Below, piece after piece: positions 9,542 to 22,497 of a stretch of DNA of 64,000 nucleotides (position 1 is the first letter of the stretch; each line of letters opens with the position of its first letter). The position numbers and the translations under genes were made by a program. The stretch is from contig CM060733.1 in the NCBI GenBank assembly GCA_030704615.1, positions 40,610,001-40,674,000 of the forward strand, written 5' to 3'. The notes under the pieces were generated by a model. It saw nothing but the letters and a program-made list of their open reading frames with translations. It was not told the origin of the DNA and did not search any database. Source of the stretch: Takakia lepidozioides (taxonomy: Eukaryota > Plantae > Bryophyta).

Positions 9542-12320
9542 AGGAGCGAGGCTTGAGGTTGGAAGTGTTTTAGAAATGCGGTGATATTATGTTGGGGTAA
9601 AGGTAAGAGGAGACGGGGTTGTGGGTCTTGGGCCTGGATAGGTGGGATGGGACGGATGGGGATGAGGGATGGCGAGAGAGAGAGAGATACTGGGTAATGG
9701 TCTGAGTTGCATATGCTATTGATATGAATATGGCTTGTAAGGTATGCGGGGATATTATTGGGTGACTTAAGATAGAAACCATCTATAAGGCTTAAAGATG
9801 AGTAGTTAAAGGCCGCCTTGCCTCGAATAGTGATAGTCTGAAGGTATGTATCTGAGATGATGGTTATGTATGAAACGGGCCCAGTCTTGGTCAAGAGGGG
9901 ATAAGGGTTTGTGGACTCTGTTGTATGTGTGGCCCGATAGAGCAATGTCCCGGTTGAAGTTGCTAGCCAGTATATAGTGTTGGTGTTGGTGTGCGGGGTG
10001 CTTGATTGTGTTAGAGATTGTGTCCAGTATGTCGGGTATCAGGGATAGGTCCTCAGTATGGGATGGCATATATAAGTGGATGAGAGTGATGGGCGTGAGG
10101 GCAGGGAGATGCAGCTGGACAATTTGAAGGTGGGATCAGAGAGGGATGGGTATTAGAACTTTGGTGGTGGTGTTGGGAGAGTGATGGGTGCGGATGATGC
10201 CAAATGCCACACCACCCCGCGTATGACAGTATGGGGCGGAGCGCCGACGGAGACATTGTGTGGCTGTCATGGGGGTCCCATAGAGGAGGTAAGAGGCTGG
10301 TAAGAGTTTGTTAATATAGGAGCTGTTGGTGTTGTTAGTGTTTAGTTTGGTTTCTTAGATGAGAATAATGTGTGGGGGCGTGGAGTCCATGAGGAGGTGG
10401 AGCAGACTCTGGATACTAGTGGCAAGGGATCCGACATTCCAAGTGGTGATGTTAAAGGAGTCTGACTGTAGATCGGGGGTGTTCGGAGTGTGGCATCGAG
10501 GTGTAGCGGGTGAAGATGCAGATTGGGGATGGGATACAACTGGTGTGGTGGCGAAGGAAGATGGTGGGTAGTGGGGGGGTTGGAACCCTGGGAGGGGCGT
10601 GGTAGCGTTAAGCGTAGTTGTCAGGATGTTGGCAGAGAGAAACGAGAATTTGTTGATGGTAGTGGGAATGTCTGGGACAGAGGTGACGCTAGATGATCAC
10701 CAAGCATTTTGTGTATAACTCCAGGATGGGACTGTAACAGGTTTAGGGACGTGTGGAGATCAGTCAAGCAATGTGGTGGGGCCAAGTAGTTGATGGTATG
10801 TTGTGTGGTAGGGTCTTGTAAGCGATGTAGTAGGAAAAATGAGTGGGGAATCTGGTTGGGACGTAAAGGTAGTCATTACATTCTTGGGGCAAAGGGGAGA
10901 TGAGGACAATAAGGGAGAAGAGGAGGTGGTATGGTGGAAAGGCTTGAAGTTTGTGGGAGGTGTGGGAGAGAGCAGGGTATGGGCAGGCTAGGAGGCCAAA
11001 GGTGGAAATGTAGTGCGGGGCAGTTTGTAGGTGAGTGGAGGGGATGAGTAGTGCTTTGGGGAGGTAGGGGGCGAAGTGGGTAGCAAGATGTTTGTATTGG
11101 TGTATAAAAGATAGGGTGTCCGGCTGGAAGTATAGCGCATAACGATCTTGTGCATAAGCAGGGAGTTGAGTCGTGATGGTGGAAATAGTGAGTGGCCCGG
11201 GGTAGGGTGGATGTCCCCACATCGGAGCAGTGTAAGTGTGATACATAAGTTGAAATATAAGGTTTCATGTGAAGGGGGATGATGAAGGCTGTGCTTGGAT
11301 ATTAGGGGGTGGTAAAGAGAGCGCCCGTTTGGGCTGTGAGTAATGAGAGGTTTTTTTTTGGGTAGTGCAGAGGGTAATTTATGAGGGTAGGGGATTGATG
11401 TGATGTGCGGTGAAGGTGGCTGGTGTGGTGGGCGCAGGGGGGGGGGGAGATGTATAGTGGGTAGGGGAAATAGGTTGGGCCTAGTATCTTGTCAGTGATG
11501 AAAGTTGTATATGACAGTTGGGGTGATGTATAAGTATGCTGAGTAATGACATAGTAATTTGGTGGGGAGATTATTGGGAAAATTTGGAGCGGTTGGCGGG
11601 TTGATTGAGCGGAGATAGGGGTCAGTAATATGGTGCCCATGTGTATGGAGGTGTGGTGAGTTTATATTTGGGGTGGTTCCAATGATAAGGTTGTGACCAG
11701 TTGGGGCTTAGTGATAAGGTTGCGACCGTCCCACCGTGGGTGTGGTAGGGAGTAGTGAGGGGTGGGATAAGTCTCGTGGGTTGGTGGGGAGGGTATTGCG
11801 AATCTGGTGCAGTATCAGGGGCTTTATAGTAGATGTTTGAGAAAAAGTATGGTATGAAGAGCGTGATATATAAATAGGCTGGCGGGGTTGAGGGGCGGAT
11901 GCTATGGGGAAGATTATTAAGTTGGGTGTGGTACTTGAAGGTTGAGGGTGTGGCAGAGCAGCGGGTATAAGTGGAAGGTAACATCAGGCTATGGACTGGG
12001 GGAAGTGTGGGAGTGTGGATGGTATGCAGTATGGGGGCAGATAGGAATGATGCACACTAATATAAGTGGGGGATTTATTCAGGGCGTGGCTAAGGGTATA
12101 GGTTAGGATGGATTGATGATGGGGTAGACTATTGAGTGTAGGATGAGAATTAAGATTTATATAGAGGGCGTATATTATAAGCTGGATGGGAAGGACGACT
12201 ATTATTTGACAGTGGTATATTTGCATGTATGGAAAAGAGGCGTGGGGCCCGGAGTGGGGTTGGGCAGGTGTCATGTGTTGGTGGGGATAAGATCGGCTGG
12301 AGCCGTTGGGATAGAATCCA
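9542..12320 (-). mobile_element. Degraded LINE (non-LTR) fragment: AP-endonuclease domain about 10470-9542 plus C-rich upstream region
   Basis: Minus strand reads ITTWNVGSL...HIILI*ETKL, YILASNFN (GDFN-like), LIDGFY and SDHYPV, all APE motifs. Many stops and strong strand skew. Confidence 0.75.
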
Positions 12321-12329
12321 CGTGAAGAG

Positions 12330-13230
12330 AAATAAATGGAGAGTAGAGGTAAAACATTAGTTTTATTCTTGAAAACATGCCGAGGAGTGAACCTCCACAA
12401 AATGTCATTGTCAACCTTGTTCTCTGCCCGAGGTTGCATTATTTTCATTGTCTGACTGTTGATTGGCCTAATCCAAATTTGCTCGTGCTTTCTCTGCCTC
12501 CACTGTGGTAATTTTCTTAGAGCTATTACGTGTTGTGTTTTTTCTGGCGGGCATTGTCCAAACGACAGAGTTAATGTGAATCCACTGACGGAGATCATCT
12601 GGATTGAACTCCCAAATTTTGGACCAACGATCTCTGTACCTGTCCAAATCGGAAGGGCTACCTCCTTTCTTGGGTCTCCACCATTCGACGTGAACCTTCT
12701 TAAAATCCCCTGGATCCTCTGTCGCGGACCACATCCGCTATTGCCATCAAACTGGAAACGTCACAGTATCTACTGGTCGAACCAAGACGAAGAATCCGTT
12801 CTCAATGTCCTTGAACGGATTTAGAGACAGGCAACTTTGGAGATCCATCGGGATTTGGCTTCCACATCTTCACCGCACTTTTTTTGGGGAGCCACTCAGA
12901 ATCAATAGCAAACTTCTTAAACTTCATGACAGGCCAATCATCTTCATCTACATAGAATCGAAATACATGCATTTCTGTTTGCCCAACTAAAGCCTCTTTT
13001 CCATCGAGAATGCAACTGTCCACATACGCCTTGAAATATGCACCTCTTGAATGATTTGAGGAATAAATTACAGATATTGAGAGATCATAAAAAACCTCAT
13101 AAGATCGGAGAGAACGTAGATGCTGCTTTGCTTCAGCTTCTTCGATAAATAACTGAAGAATCCGTCGATGTCCTCATGGGTATGGCCAACCATGAGAAAT
13201 CCCATCTGAATCTCCTCAAACACTCATCTC
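12330..13230 (-). pseudogene. Fragment of a DDE-type transposase (DUF7869/Sola-like)
   Basis: VFEEIQMGFLMVGHTHEDIDGFFS at about 13225-13153, followed by HVFRFYVDEDDWPVMKFKKFAIDSEWLP; broken frames. Confidence 0.55.
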
Positions 13231-14379
13231 GCAACTTCTACAGTGTTAGCTCTTCTCACATCTGTTTTCTATGACCTTGGGACAGAATCCAAGAAGGCTT
13301 GGGCCAAGCATTGTGCACTTATCCAACGGAAAGCAGAGATCGCAGGGGCTTCCCATGATAAGTTCCGCACCACCTGGGATAATCGAGGCCTCATCTGCAA
13401 CAGCGCAAATCCAAACACCTGTATCTGGCCAAAACTGCCCCCACCCAGGTGGAGGGGAATTCGCACGATCAGCCAAACAAATCAAAAGTTTTCATTTTAA
13501 GAGATATACGATGAAAAGCTTCTTAACTTGTACACAACTCGTCATCAAATCACAAATCAATCACTAAACATTAAAATCTGGATCCATTTTAAGGAACTCT
13601 TCTTTCCAAGCTATAGGTTGCCACAACCTATATCATCAAGCTCTTTAGTTAGTTCGTCATTTAGGAAAAGCTCAAATCAATTTTTCATCATTCAAATTAG
13701 ATCCATCAAAGATACATATTATTAAGCTTCTTGACTTTTAGTACATGACCCACCAAATCACAAATCAATCTTATTGAATATCACACAACGCATCCATCTT
13801 TTAGGAATTATCACCTTCAAAGTATAGTATGTCCAGGACCTACATCATCAAGCTTTTTGGATTGCCCGTCCATTTCGTAGTCATAGAAGTGGGTGACTAA
13901 CATTGAACATGTGTCCTTCACTCTTATAATTTAAGAAGTTGAATGCGTTGTCAAAGCGACATGTGTTAATTCCAATAGTCATATGTAGGACTGCACCATA
14001 TGGTCCGCACATTGTGATCACGTGTCGCCTTTACATTGAATAATTTGTAGTCGAGTATATATACCCAACTATAGTAATTCATATGACTATAAGCCAAGGT
14101 GACAAATCTCCATGTGTTATGGACATAGCCCGGAAGAATTCACCAAGAATAATTACCAAAAGTTACCAGGCCGGGAATTATTAAGATCGAAAGTTATCAT
14201 AATTTACCATGATTTACTGTAATTTACTGTAATTTACCATGAGTTATCAATTTACCAAAAGTAACTACCAAATTATTGAGATAAAGATAAAGATAAAGTT
14301 TCTTTACCGTCCAATGAATTTTACTGAGCCTACTGCTCAACACACAGGCCATCGAGGGCCCAATGGACGGTCTGAAGGC

Positions 14380-14456
14380 ACATGTTGAAGGATTGAACCC
14401 AGGATCACCTAGGTTATGCAGAGGCAAGGCCCAAACACCCAAACCACTGGGCTACC
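14380..14456 (-). mobile_element. tRNA-derived SINE-like head
   Basis: Minus strand GGTAGCCCAGTGG (A box) ... GGTTCAATCC (B box); no complete cloverleaf. Confidence 0.4.
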
Positions 14457-15051
14457 TGCTCAAGTGCATTGAGAGTAACTCAGGAAACTTAGAATCATTT
14501 GTACAACCTGACTATTTCTGTATGCTTTCTCTCTTTTCACTCGCATAATCTCAACTCCACTGCAACTCAAGGAAATGTCGTTGACGATCGTAATTCCAAC
14601 CGCCAAGAAAATCAGGCTACTCAGATCACAGACTATAATTTACTGTGCAGAAGAGAAGTAAAAGAATGTTCTCTTACAACCAGGTTTCTCATCACGCCGT
14701 TGAACTTACTCGACCTGAAATGACAAGTCATCTGCAGTTATGCAACCAACGGCATTCTATTCCTCTGCTCTTCGAAATGCCGAGTAGGACCAAAAAGTCT
14801 AATAATTGAGGACCACATTTGAACAAGAATTTTTCCAGTTCAATCTGATTCAGAGTCGAGGCAAAATTCGAGAGTCACTGCAAAAAATCAACGTAATTGC
14901 AGCTGTACAATAATAATAATAGAAGGATGATGGATGGTCGAACGTTATCGATGTGTGTTAGGTGAAGGATTTCAGGTTTTTGGGAGATGACTTCCAGTGC
15001 TCTGAAAGCGCTCATTTGAACGTAGATGGAGCTTGCACCGAAACAATTGCT

Positions 15052-18000
15052 ATGGCAGGCGCGTTGAGATTGCGCTCGCTGGCACACTCGTTGCGGCGGA
15101 TTTGTGCAGTTTGTGAAAATTCGACAGCTTTGGCTCTGTCTCACAACCTTCTTCGTCAGTAATGCTCACGCCTTTTTCCCTTGCGATGGTGTGTAGTCTG
15201 AAAATGAAGAGGTTCGCCTTTGTGTTACTTTACTGGTCCGTTTAGCAAAGCCGTCTACAGTAATAGATAAAAATGCAGAAATCTTGTGGGATTGAAGAAG
15301 CTGCAATGGAATCTGAGAGTTGAGCATTCCTTGTTGGTTCCCCTTTCAGAATTTGCGGGTAAATTTCGTGCAAGTGTATTCGGCGGAAAGGTCTGGAAAG
15401 TAGAGGATAGTGAGCGTACAAAGCCAAGGACCACTCTGGGCGCTTATGAATCCTTCAAACTCCCTCGAATTAAGTAGGATGCGCCACCGAAAATCGAGGG
15501 GAAAAAACTCTGGTTAGGATTTTATTAGAATTATTGAAGGGAAAAAAATTAAAACCCTTGAAGCCCGTAGGCTGCCATAAGGCCTATGTCACACAGAACG
15601 TGACGGATAACCCGAAGAACCATAACAAAGCACTGACCAACAAAATGGCCAGCAGAGAATTCCTGCAAGCAAAATTCCTGAGGGACACCAAGAACCGCAT
15701 ACGAGGGCATGGAGTCCCTGCGAATGGACAAGACCTAAGCAAGGTCTAACATGGACAGAGCAAAGGTGAGAACCGATTGCATGATGGGAAGGAGACACAG
15801 GAGACCCGAGAGATAAGAAGAGAACTGTCTATCTATAGATCAGCTTGGTCCTAGTGGAAGCCCTGACGTGCTTCCAGTCCACATCGGATTTGTCGAACTC
15901 AGGTGAAGCGGAAGAGGAGGGATCTGTTTCGTTGCCATTGAGGGGGGATTTCCCGCGGCCACACACAGGAGTCTGACCCTTCACACCTGCAGATATGCCA
16001 TTTCTTCCCCAAGTGGCTTGGAATTTGCTGAGGAGGGCTTCAAAAACTGGACAGGTGCTGGCTATGGACTTTGAGTTCCTGTCGTAGTTGAGGAGCAGCA
16101 CTACCTGATCAGTAGGGAAGGGGTCCCATACGTTATACATAGCCGTTATGAGGGGCCAGATCAACCTGGGGGCTTGACAGTTGAGAAGGCAGTGTTCTAT
16201 CGTCTCAATAGAACCCAGACAACAGCACGAACAAAACAACACTCTGGGAAACCGAGGACCTGGCCTACTTTCAGCACTCTATTTTATCTGCCATAGGAAG
16301 GCACTGAGTTTAGCAGGCCTTTTCTTATCCCAGATGAGTCTCCAAATACCATTCCAGTTCTCCTGATTGAAGGCAACATGGGACCACTTGCCATTCCACT
16401 TCTCGGGCAAGGGAGAGTGGTTGTAGTGGCCTTTAGTAAATTGGAAGGCAAAACAGATTTCCACTATTTGCATTCTGTAAATGGACGTAAGGATAGAAGT
16501 TGTTTTCTGAGGGGGGCTAGGATTGGATGCTTGCCAGGACCCTGCGCAAATATCCAGACCCACTTTTTTCAGCAACCGACAGAGTGTGAGCTCAGAGGCT
16601 AGAAAAGGTGAGGATCTCATTTTCATTTGCTTGGCGGCAGTCTTGTTACTTGAATGGGTTGAGAGGTTGTTGTATCAAACATCACAACATATAAGATTTG
16701 GTCTTCTCATGTGTTGTATCTTCATTTCTCTCTGGCGCCCGTCCAATCAACACATGACTGCCCTGTAACTGAAAAGCACTTGGCTGTGCACAAGTGTTAT
16801 GGCAATGTTGATATGTATTCATAGGATGATGCATTACAACCCAACAATTATACATCAGTCTTCCCGGTTGTAAGTATCTTGTTCCTTTTTGTAAAACAAC
16901 TGTCTCACACTCAATGCTACGAACCACATCGAGCATGAAGGTAAACACATTCTTGTTTGTGTGTCTTAACCTCTCCAAGATAAACCGCCTCCATAGGGGA
17001 CACCTGCCATATGGATGACAATGCTCTGATTTGACGGTTTCATTCAGATCCTTTGTCACGGCTTGCTATGGTATGTTTTGACGATAGTTCCTAGTAGGGT
17101 TTAGGGTTCAAGGTTTAAGGATTGATATCTGTTTGTAATTCCATTCTGATTTTCTTTTGTTAAAGTAGGCAAGCGTCGTCAGAAGCAAACAGAAGCTCCT
17201 GATGACTCCAACAGAGTGGATCCTGAGTCGAAGAAAGAGCAATTGTTGCGAGCTGCTATTGCACAGATCACAAAACAATATGGGAAGGAGACCGTGATGT
17301 GGCTGGGTCGTGACACCCACCACCATGTCGACTTCATTTCTACTGGCTCTCTAAATCTTGATCTTGCTCTTGGTGTTGGTGGGCTCCCCAAGGTACCACT
17401 TCCCTTTCAGAAAGAGGCTGTGTTTGTGTATGTCTCCTTTACACACCCGAGTCTTCTTGCCTTTTGGAGTTTAAGGACTTCTGTTTTTACTTTCTTGTTC
17501 ACATAGCTGGGTATCTGTAGAGACATAACAGACTTAGCTGAGAGCACAAACCTCAGCATAATGGCAGAGACATTCACCATACTAATGTCTGTCGTTGGAT
17601 GACAGGGGCGGGTAGTGGAGATATATGGGCCAGAAGCCTCTGGGAAAACCACACTTGCTCTCCACGTCATTGCGGAGGCTCAGAAGATAGGAAGAGGTAA
17701 GTCACCTTAGGCATTCACCTTTGACCTAAAATAAGTCAGCTTGCAAATCAAAATGACTAAACCAAAATAGCGTACTTGTGAGGGGATGGATTTGATCTTA
17801 GTTTGTCTCTCTGTTTCTAACTCCCTCCAGCAGCAGCATAGTCAAGCTTTGTATCTTTCTGTCATCATCCCCTTTTCTGACGGGAAATGGCTGTTGTGTG
17901 CTTAGGTTATTGTCTATTTGTGGATGCGGAGCATGCTCTAGACCTTCACTTTGCAGAGGGGCTGGGTGTGTGCACCAAGGACCTTCTGTTTGTGCAACCG

Positions 18001-20398
18001 GATGAGGCTGAGCAGGCTTTGGACACTGTCAACACTTTCGTGCGTTCTGGCACCACTGATGTCATTGTTGTTGACAGTGTAGGGGCTCACTTGCTCCTTC
18101 CTTGGCTCTGTTCTCTGCGCTGGCTCTACATGGCTTCTATCCTAGAGAAGAATAGCTATTTCTTTGTCTCTCACAAACACACAGATATGATTCTGGGTTG
18201 AAAGGGTGGAGACTTTCTGGAAGCCGTGATCCTCCTGGGTCCACCTTCAAGGGTAAGGGATTTTTGCAAGTGATGCTTTCATGAAGAGCTTTCTGAAGGA
18301 CAAGGGCAGAATTAACATCATTCACAAAGGTTCCACTACTAAAGTGCCTTTGCAAAGAGGACAGTCCTTTGTTTTTCTCTCCTCTTGGCCCATTATCTTC
18401 ACCTTTTCTTCTTGTCCTAGACGATTTACATTAAAGGCGACTCCAGTATCCTCTGGTTTATCTGTGAGAAAGAGGGTGGGAAAGAATTTACAGGGGTCTG
18501 TTAACAGTAGTTGCTGCCAGAATTGGCCTTCGTCAGGGACTGCTCAAGTGGTTGCTACAGTCTTCCTTTCATGCTTAGCAATATTCCTAGAAGGTTGATT
18601 TGCTGTATCAAATCAGGAAAATTAAGTATCCATGCTTGACAGTTTATGGGAGGAATTACAGGTGGCAGCACTGGTGCCCAAAGCAGAGCTAGAAGGGGAG
18701 ATGGGAGAGCACCATATGGCACTGCAGGCACGTCTCATGAGCAAAGCTCTCCGCAAGTTGACACATTCACTCAATAGCTCCCAAACTATCCTCATTTTCC
18801 TCAACCAGGTTAGCAATTGCTGTAAACTACCTTTTACGGGTGGATATTGGGCTGTCTTTTGTGCTTAAACACAGTCAGCAACTCAGTTTAGCTATCTAAC
18901 AGGACTCTGAAACATCAGGCATGATAAAAGGTTGAATTTCCCATTGCTTAGTATAGATGGGTTGGTAGCGACTGGTAGTAAGGCATAATTGAATGTACTC
19001 ATAAGACTTTGTTTGCCGTACCCTAATGGCTGTAGACCCTGAGTTTGGACGGAAAATAGGGCAGATTAGAATGTACTTATAAGATATTAATTGCCGTAGC
19101 CTTGTGGCCATAGACCCTGGCCCAGTTTGGGCGGAACAAAAGGGACTGGAAACTACCTTTGTGAAGGGCTCACTCCGGTAGTGTGACTTCCATTGGTATA
19201 AACAATTATCTCAGGCTTTCCAGATATCCTCTAGGCCCTTCACACAAGCATCAATCTGCTGTTTGTGAGCAGCCCAAAAGTTAGTCCGGAACAGGGCCAG
19301 GGCTTTAGGCCCAGCCTCAAGATTTTGAAAGTTGGTGAACAGAGGTGCTGAACAGAGGTGCCGGGACAGTGTTCGTCCTGAAGAGGGTCACTCTTTGGTG
19401 AGAATATCCCTGCCAATGTATCACAAAATGGATATTGTGTTCAGGTTGCCCGCATGTTGGACAAGGAAAATAGGGCATTATAGAATGTACTCATAAGACA
19501 TTGTTTGCTGTAGCCTTGTCACCATAGACCCCGCGCCCAGTTTGGGTGGAACAAAAGGAATAAAAATAGGGCACAATCAAAAAATCCAGAGAGGAGGAGA
19601 TGAGGTGTGGACTTTTGGATGATGTGGCATGTGTTGATGCAACAGACGAGCAAAATTGAACACTTTTGGTGGAGTACCAGCTGAAGTGACATCAGGGGGA
19701 AATGCTCTCAAGTTCTATGCATCGGTTCGTTTGCACATCAGGAGAAAGTCTCAGCTGAAACGTGGTGAAGAGGTAGATTTCCCACCACTGGCTTTGCGTG
19801 GCTATTGGCAATTGTGTAGGCAATTATAGGGCTTGCATGTACATGGGATACTGTTGTGTGTGTACGAGTACATGTTATCCGTTCTATGTCATGTTATCTT
19901 AAACAAAGACTTGTATAGCTCATAGACCTTGTGAAAGCTACAGAGTCTTTATTCCAGATGAGAGATACCTGAGTATGTAAGTACACCTTGCTGTGCTGGG
20001 TGCAGGCATATGGGAATGAAGTTATTGTGAAAGTGGTGAAGAACAAAGTGGCTCCTCCATTCAGGACTGCGGAATTCGACATTGTTTTTGGCAAGGGCAT
20101 ATCACGGGAAGGCGAAATCCTGCAGCTAGGTGCAAAGCATGGTTTCTTGGGGATGTCGGGGTCATGGTATGCATACGAGGGCAAGAATTTTGCAAATGGG
20201 AAAGACAATGCTAGGAGGTATCTTAAAGAGCATCCAGACCTAGCTGACACACTGATGACAGCAATCAAAGAAAAGGTCTTGAGTACCTCGAGTGAGAGCA
20301 GTGAGAGCGGAACATTGGACCCTATAAAGGAAGGTTTGGATGATGTGGCTGATGATGCTCAAGAGCAGGACCTTGATCATCTCGAGGGAACAGGGTAA
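15052..20398 (+). CDS. recA: Nuclear-encoded organellar (probably mitochondrial) RecA; exons about 15052-15154, 17169-17392, 17606-17696, 17906-18078, 18662-18808, about 19646-19772, 20006-20398
   Basis: [19 protein letters not shown]|[16 protein letters not shown] (Walker A), DAEHALD, VIVVDS|[38 protein letters not shown]; GT-AG introns. The Arg-rich first exon looks like a transit peptide and is less certain. Confidence 0.93.
16100..16640 (-). mobile_element. Degraded L1-type LINE 3' fragment (zf-RVT region) in the first recA intron
   Basis: [20 protein letters not shown]...[26 protein letters not shown]. Confidence 0.7.
18990..19560. repeat. Three imperfect direct copies of a 60-90 bp unit in a recA intron
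   Basis: GAATGTACTCATAAGAC..TTTGCCGTA..TAGACCC..AGTTTGG at about 18991, 19068 and 19483. Confidence 0.6.
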
Positions 20399-22497
20399 GA
20401 CTGAAAACTTAAGACAGATTACCACCCACGAAGTTGTGATCGATATTCTTTACCCATATTGCTGCTATGCCCTCTTGGCGTTCAAGGTTTTTGTCCTCAA
20501 CTGAATCGAGTGGAAGTTGTCAATCCCCCGAAGGAGTTGGAGAAAGGGGAGAACAATAGAATTCTATCAGGCAACCCCTTCTACCAGACACCCTAGTCTT
20601 GTCAGGTTCCTGTGAGCATTGTAGTCATGCAAGCAAATTGCAACTGTGTTTTGGTATATTGGAATCTTGTCCATCCGAGTTTTGTCACGTGAGTATGCAT
20701 GTTTGCATCCAGCTTGGCACTCAATGTTGTCAGGACCATGTTATATGTACAGAACTTCCTGCCTTGCTGCCAAATCAAATAGTTTGGCATTCTCAAATCT
20801 AACTTTGGGCTGAATATGAAAGAGACTATGAGTGCAATCTAATCTGCAGCAAGTAGTCGGAACTGAGGTTTTTGGGTTCTTCAACCCGACCTTGCCCTGT
20901 CATGACTTAAACCAGGGCTCTCTTGCTTCTGAGTAGCCGTAAGGCGAAGTGGCAGCAGTGCTCACTGTGAGGTGGTGGGCTACCTTGAGGTTGAATGCAA
21001 ACAGAAGCTGGAACGATCAGGAGCTGGTATCCTCGAACAAAATCTGTGCAAGAGTGCTATGAGGATGAGGCCGAGAGGACGGCATCGACAGAAGGGAATC
21101 AACTCGTCAAGGGGACAAACACCAACACCCAAATTCAGTGCCTTGCCATCAGGCTTGTCGAAAGTTAATGAGGATACGAGCATCTGTTTGATGGGGTTGG
21201 GGTGTGAAGCTCGCGGTGGTGCAAAAGGATGGGTGCGACACTCTGGAATGTACAAGTAGTTGACGTTAGGAATTTTCTCTCTTCTCTCACGGGACTTATC
21301 CGCAGTGTTTGAAGTATGACTGGGCTTTGGAGAGCATAGTCTGAATGAGGTCTGGGTTTGTTGTAGACTACCATCTCATAAGCTTCGGGATTTTTGTCAA
21401 AATGGCGGTTCTTCGTTCTTTTTTATTTTGCTCCTGTTCACAATTGGTTTAGGAAAACACACTTCTGCTGCAATGTAAATACTATTTTCCATGAGGGAAA
21501 GCTCAAAAGAGGGGGCCATCAACCATAAAGAGAGCTTGCATCTGTGGATCTCAACCTCCCCCTCTCATATACAGGTGTTGCCCGTCCCAAAACCCTTCAA
21601 CCAATTTTGAAGGAGGTTTCTGCATACAGTTTCTACCCAAAGAGGTAAGGACGCCGATCCCAAACCCTCCGAGTACTTTGTGCACCTCCTGTAATTTCCT
21701 AACTTAGAGAAGAGGTGGGGCTGCAAGAAAGAGAACAGTGAACGAAACAAAGGAAGAAGCTGGAATCGTGAAATTGAGTTTACTTGGCCTACCTTTGAGG
21801 CTTTACGCTAGAGAGGTTTGATTACCATGCAAGCTCTGGTAAGAGAGAGAGCGCAAAAGCAGCTAGAGTGAGAGAGCTTATGGGAAATGGAATACAGCCC
21901 TTCAACTTGTCTTGTAAGAGATAAAAAATGAACAGCAGGTCCTTAGAAGGTAAAGACCAAAGTTATCTAAGAAGCTTCTGAAAGTTGAAGAACCACCTAC
22001 CTTGAGTAGGTGATTGAATGTTAGAAGCACAACTTCCTCAAGCAGATGTAGGTCAGTACCAAGAACATTCCAAATGCCCCCCAGGGGCAGAAAGTGTCCA
22101 ACTACTCTTGTGTTGTCTTTGCAACACTTTCAAGCATGATTCAGTGACTTCCTTAGAGTTTATGGTGTGAGCTTAGATCCAATTCGGGGACATAACCCTG
22201 CATCCAGCGAACGCAAAGACTTGCTCGGCCATCCCTAGTAGGTCAAGGCATCTGCCAACAAGGATGGTTATGTAAGTCCTCACTGTCTCATCCAAATCTT
22301 CTCAGGCACAATGACCAACAATGCAATCAATGTTGACACAATGATTAGCTTTGGCAGTAGCTTGTGTCTGCTTCCATGCAGATGTACAGTCTGTGTTTGC
22401 CGAAACTGTAGAAGTGCGCAGTCTGATTAAGTGACACTGACCACTGGATCACGCTCACTGACCAACAAAACTGCTGAGCTTCTCCCAAATGAATACC

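Noticed and set aside
10570-12320. Pro/His/Thr/Tyr-rich ORFs as genes
   Set aside because: By-product of extreme strand skew in degraded LINE sequence.
17169-20398. Bacterial contamination or recent HGT of recA
   Set aside because: Spliceosomal introns and a probable transit-peptide exon indicate an ordinary nuclear organellar recA.
20900-22300. Possible LINE remnant between recA and DPP3
   Set aside because: Only vague similarity; no continuous motif recovered.
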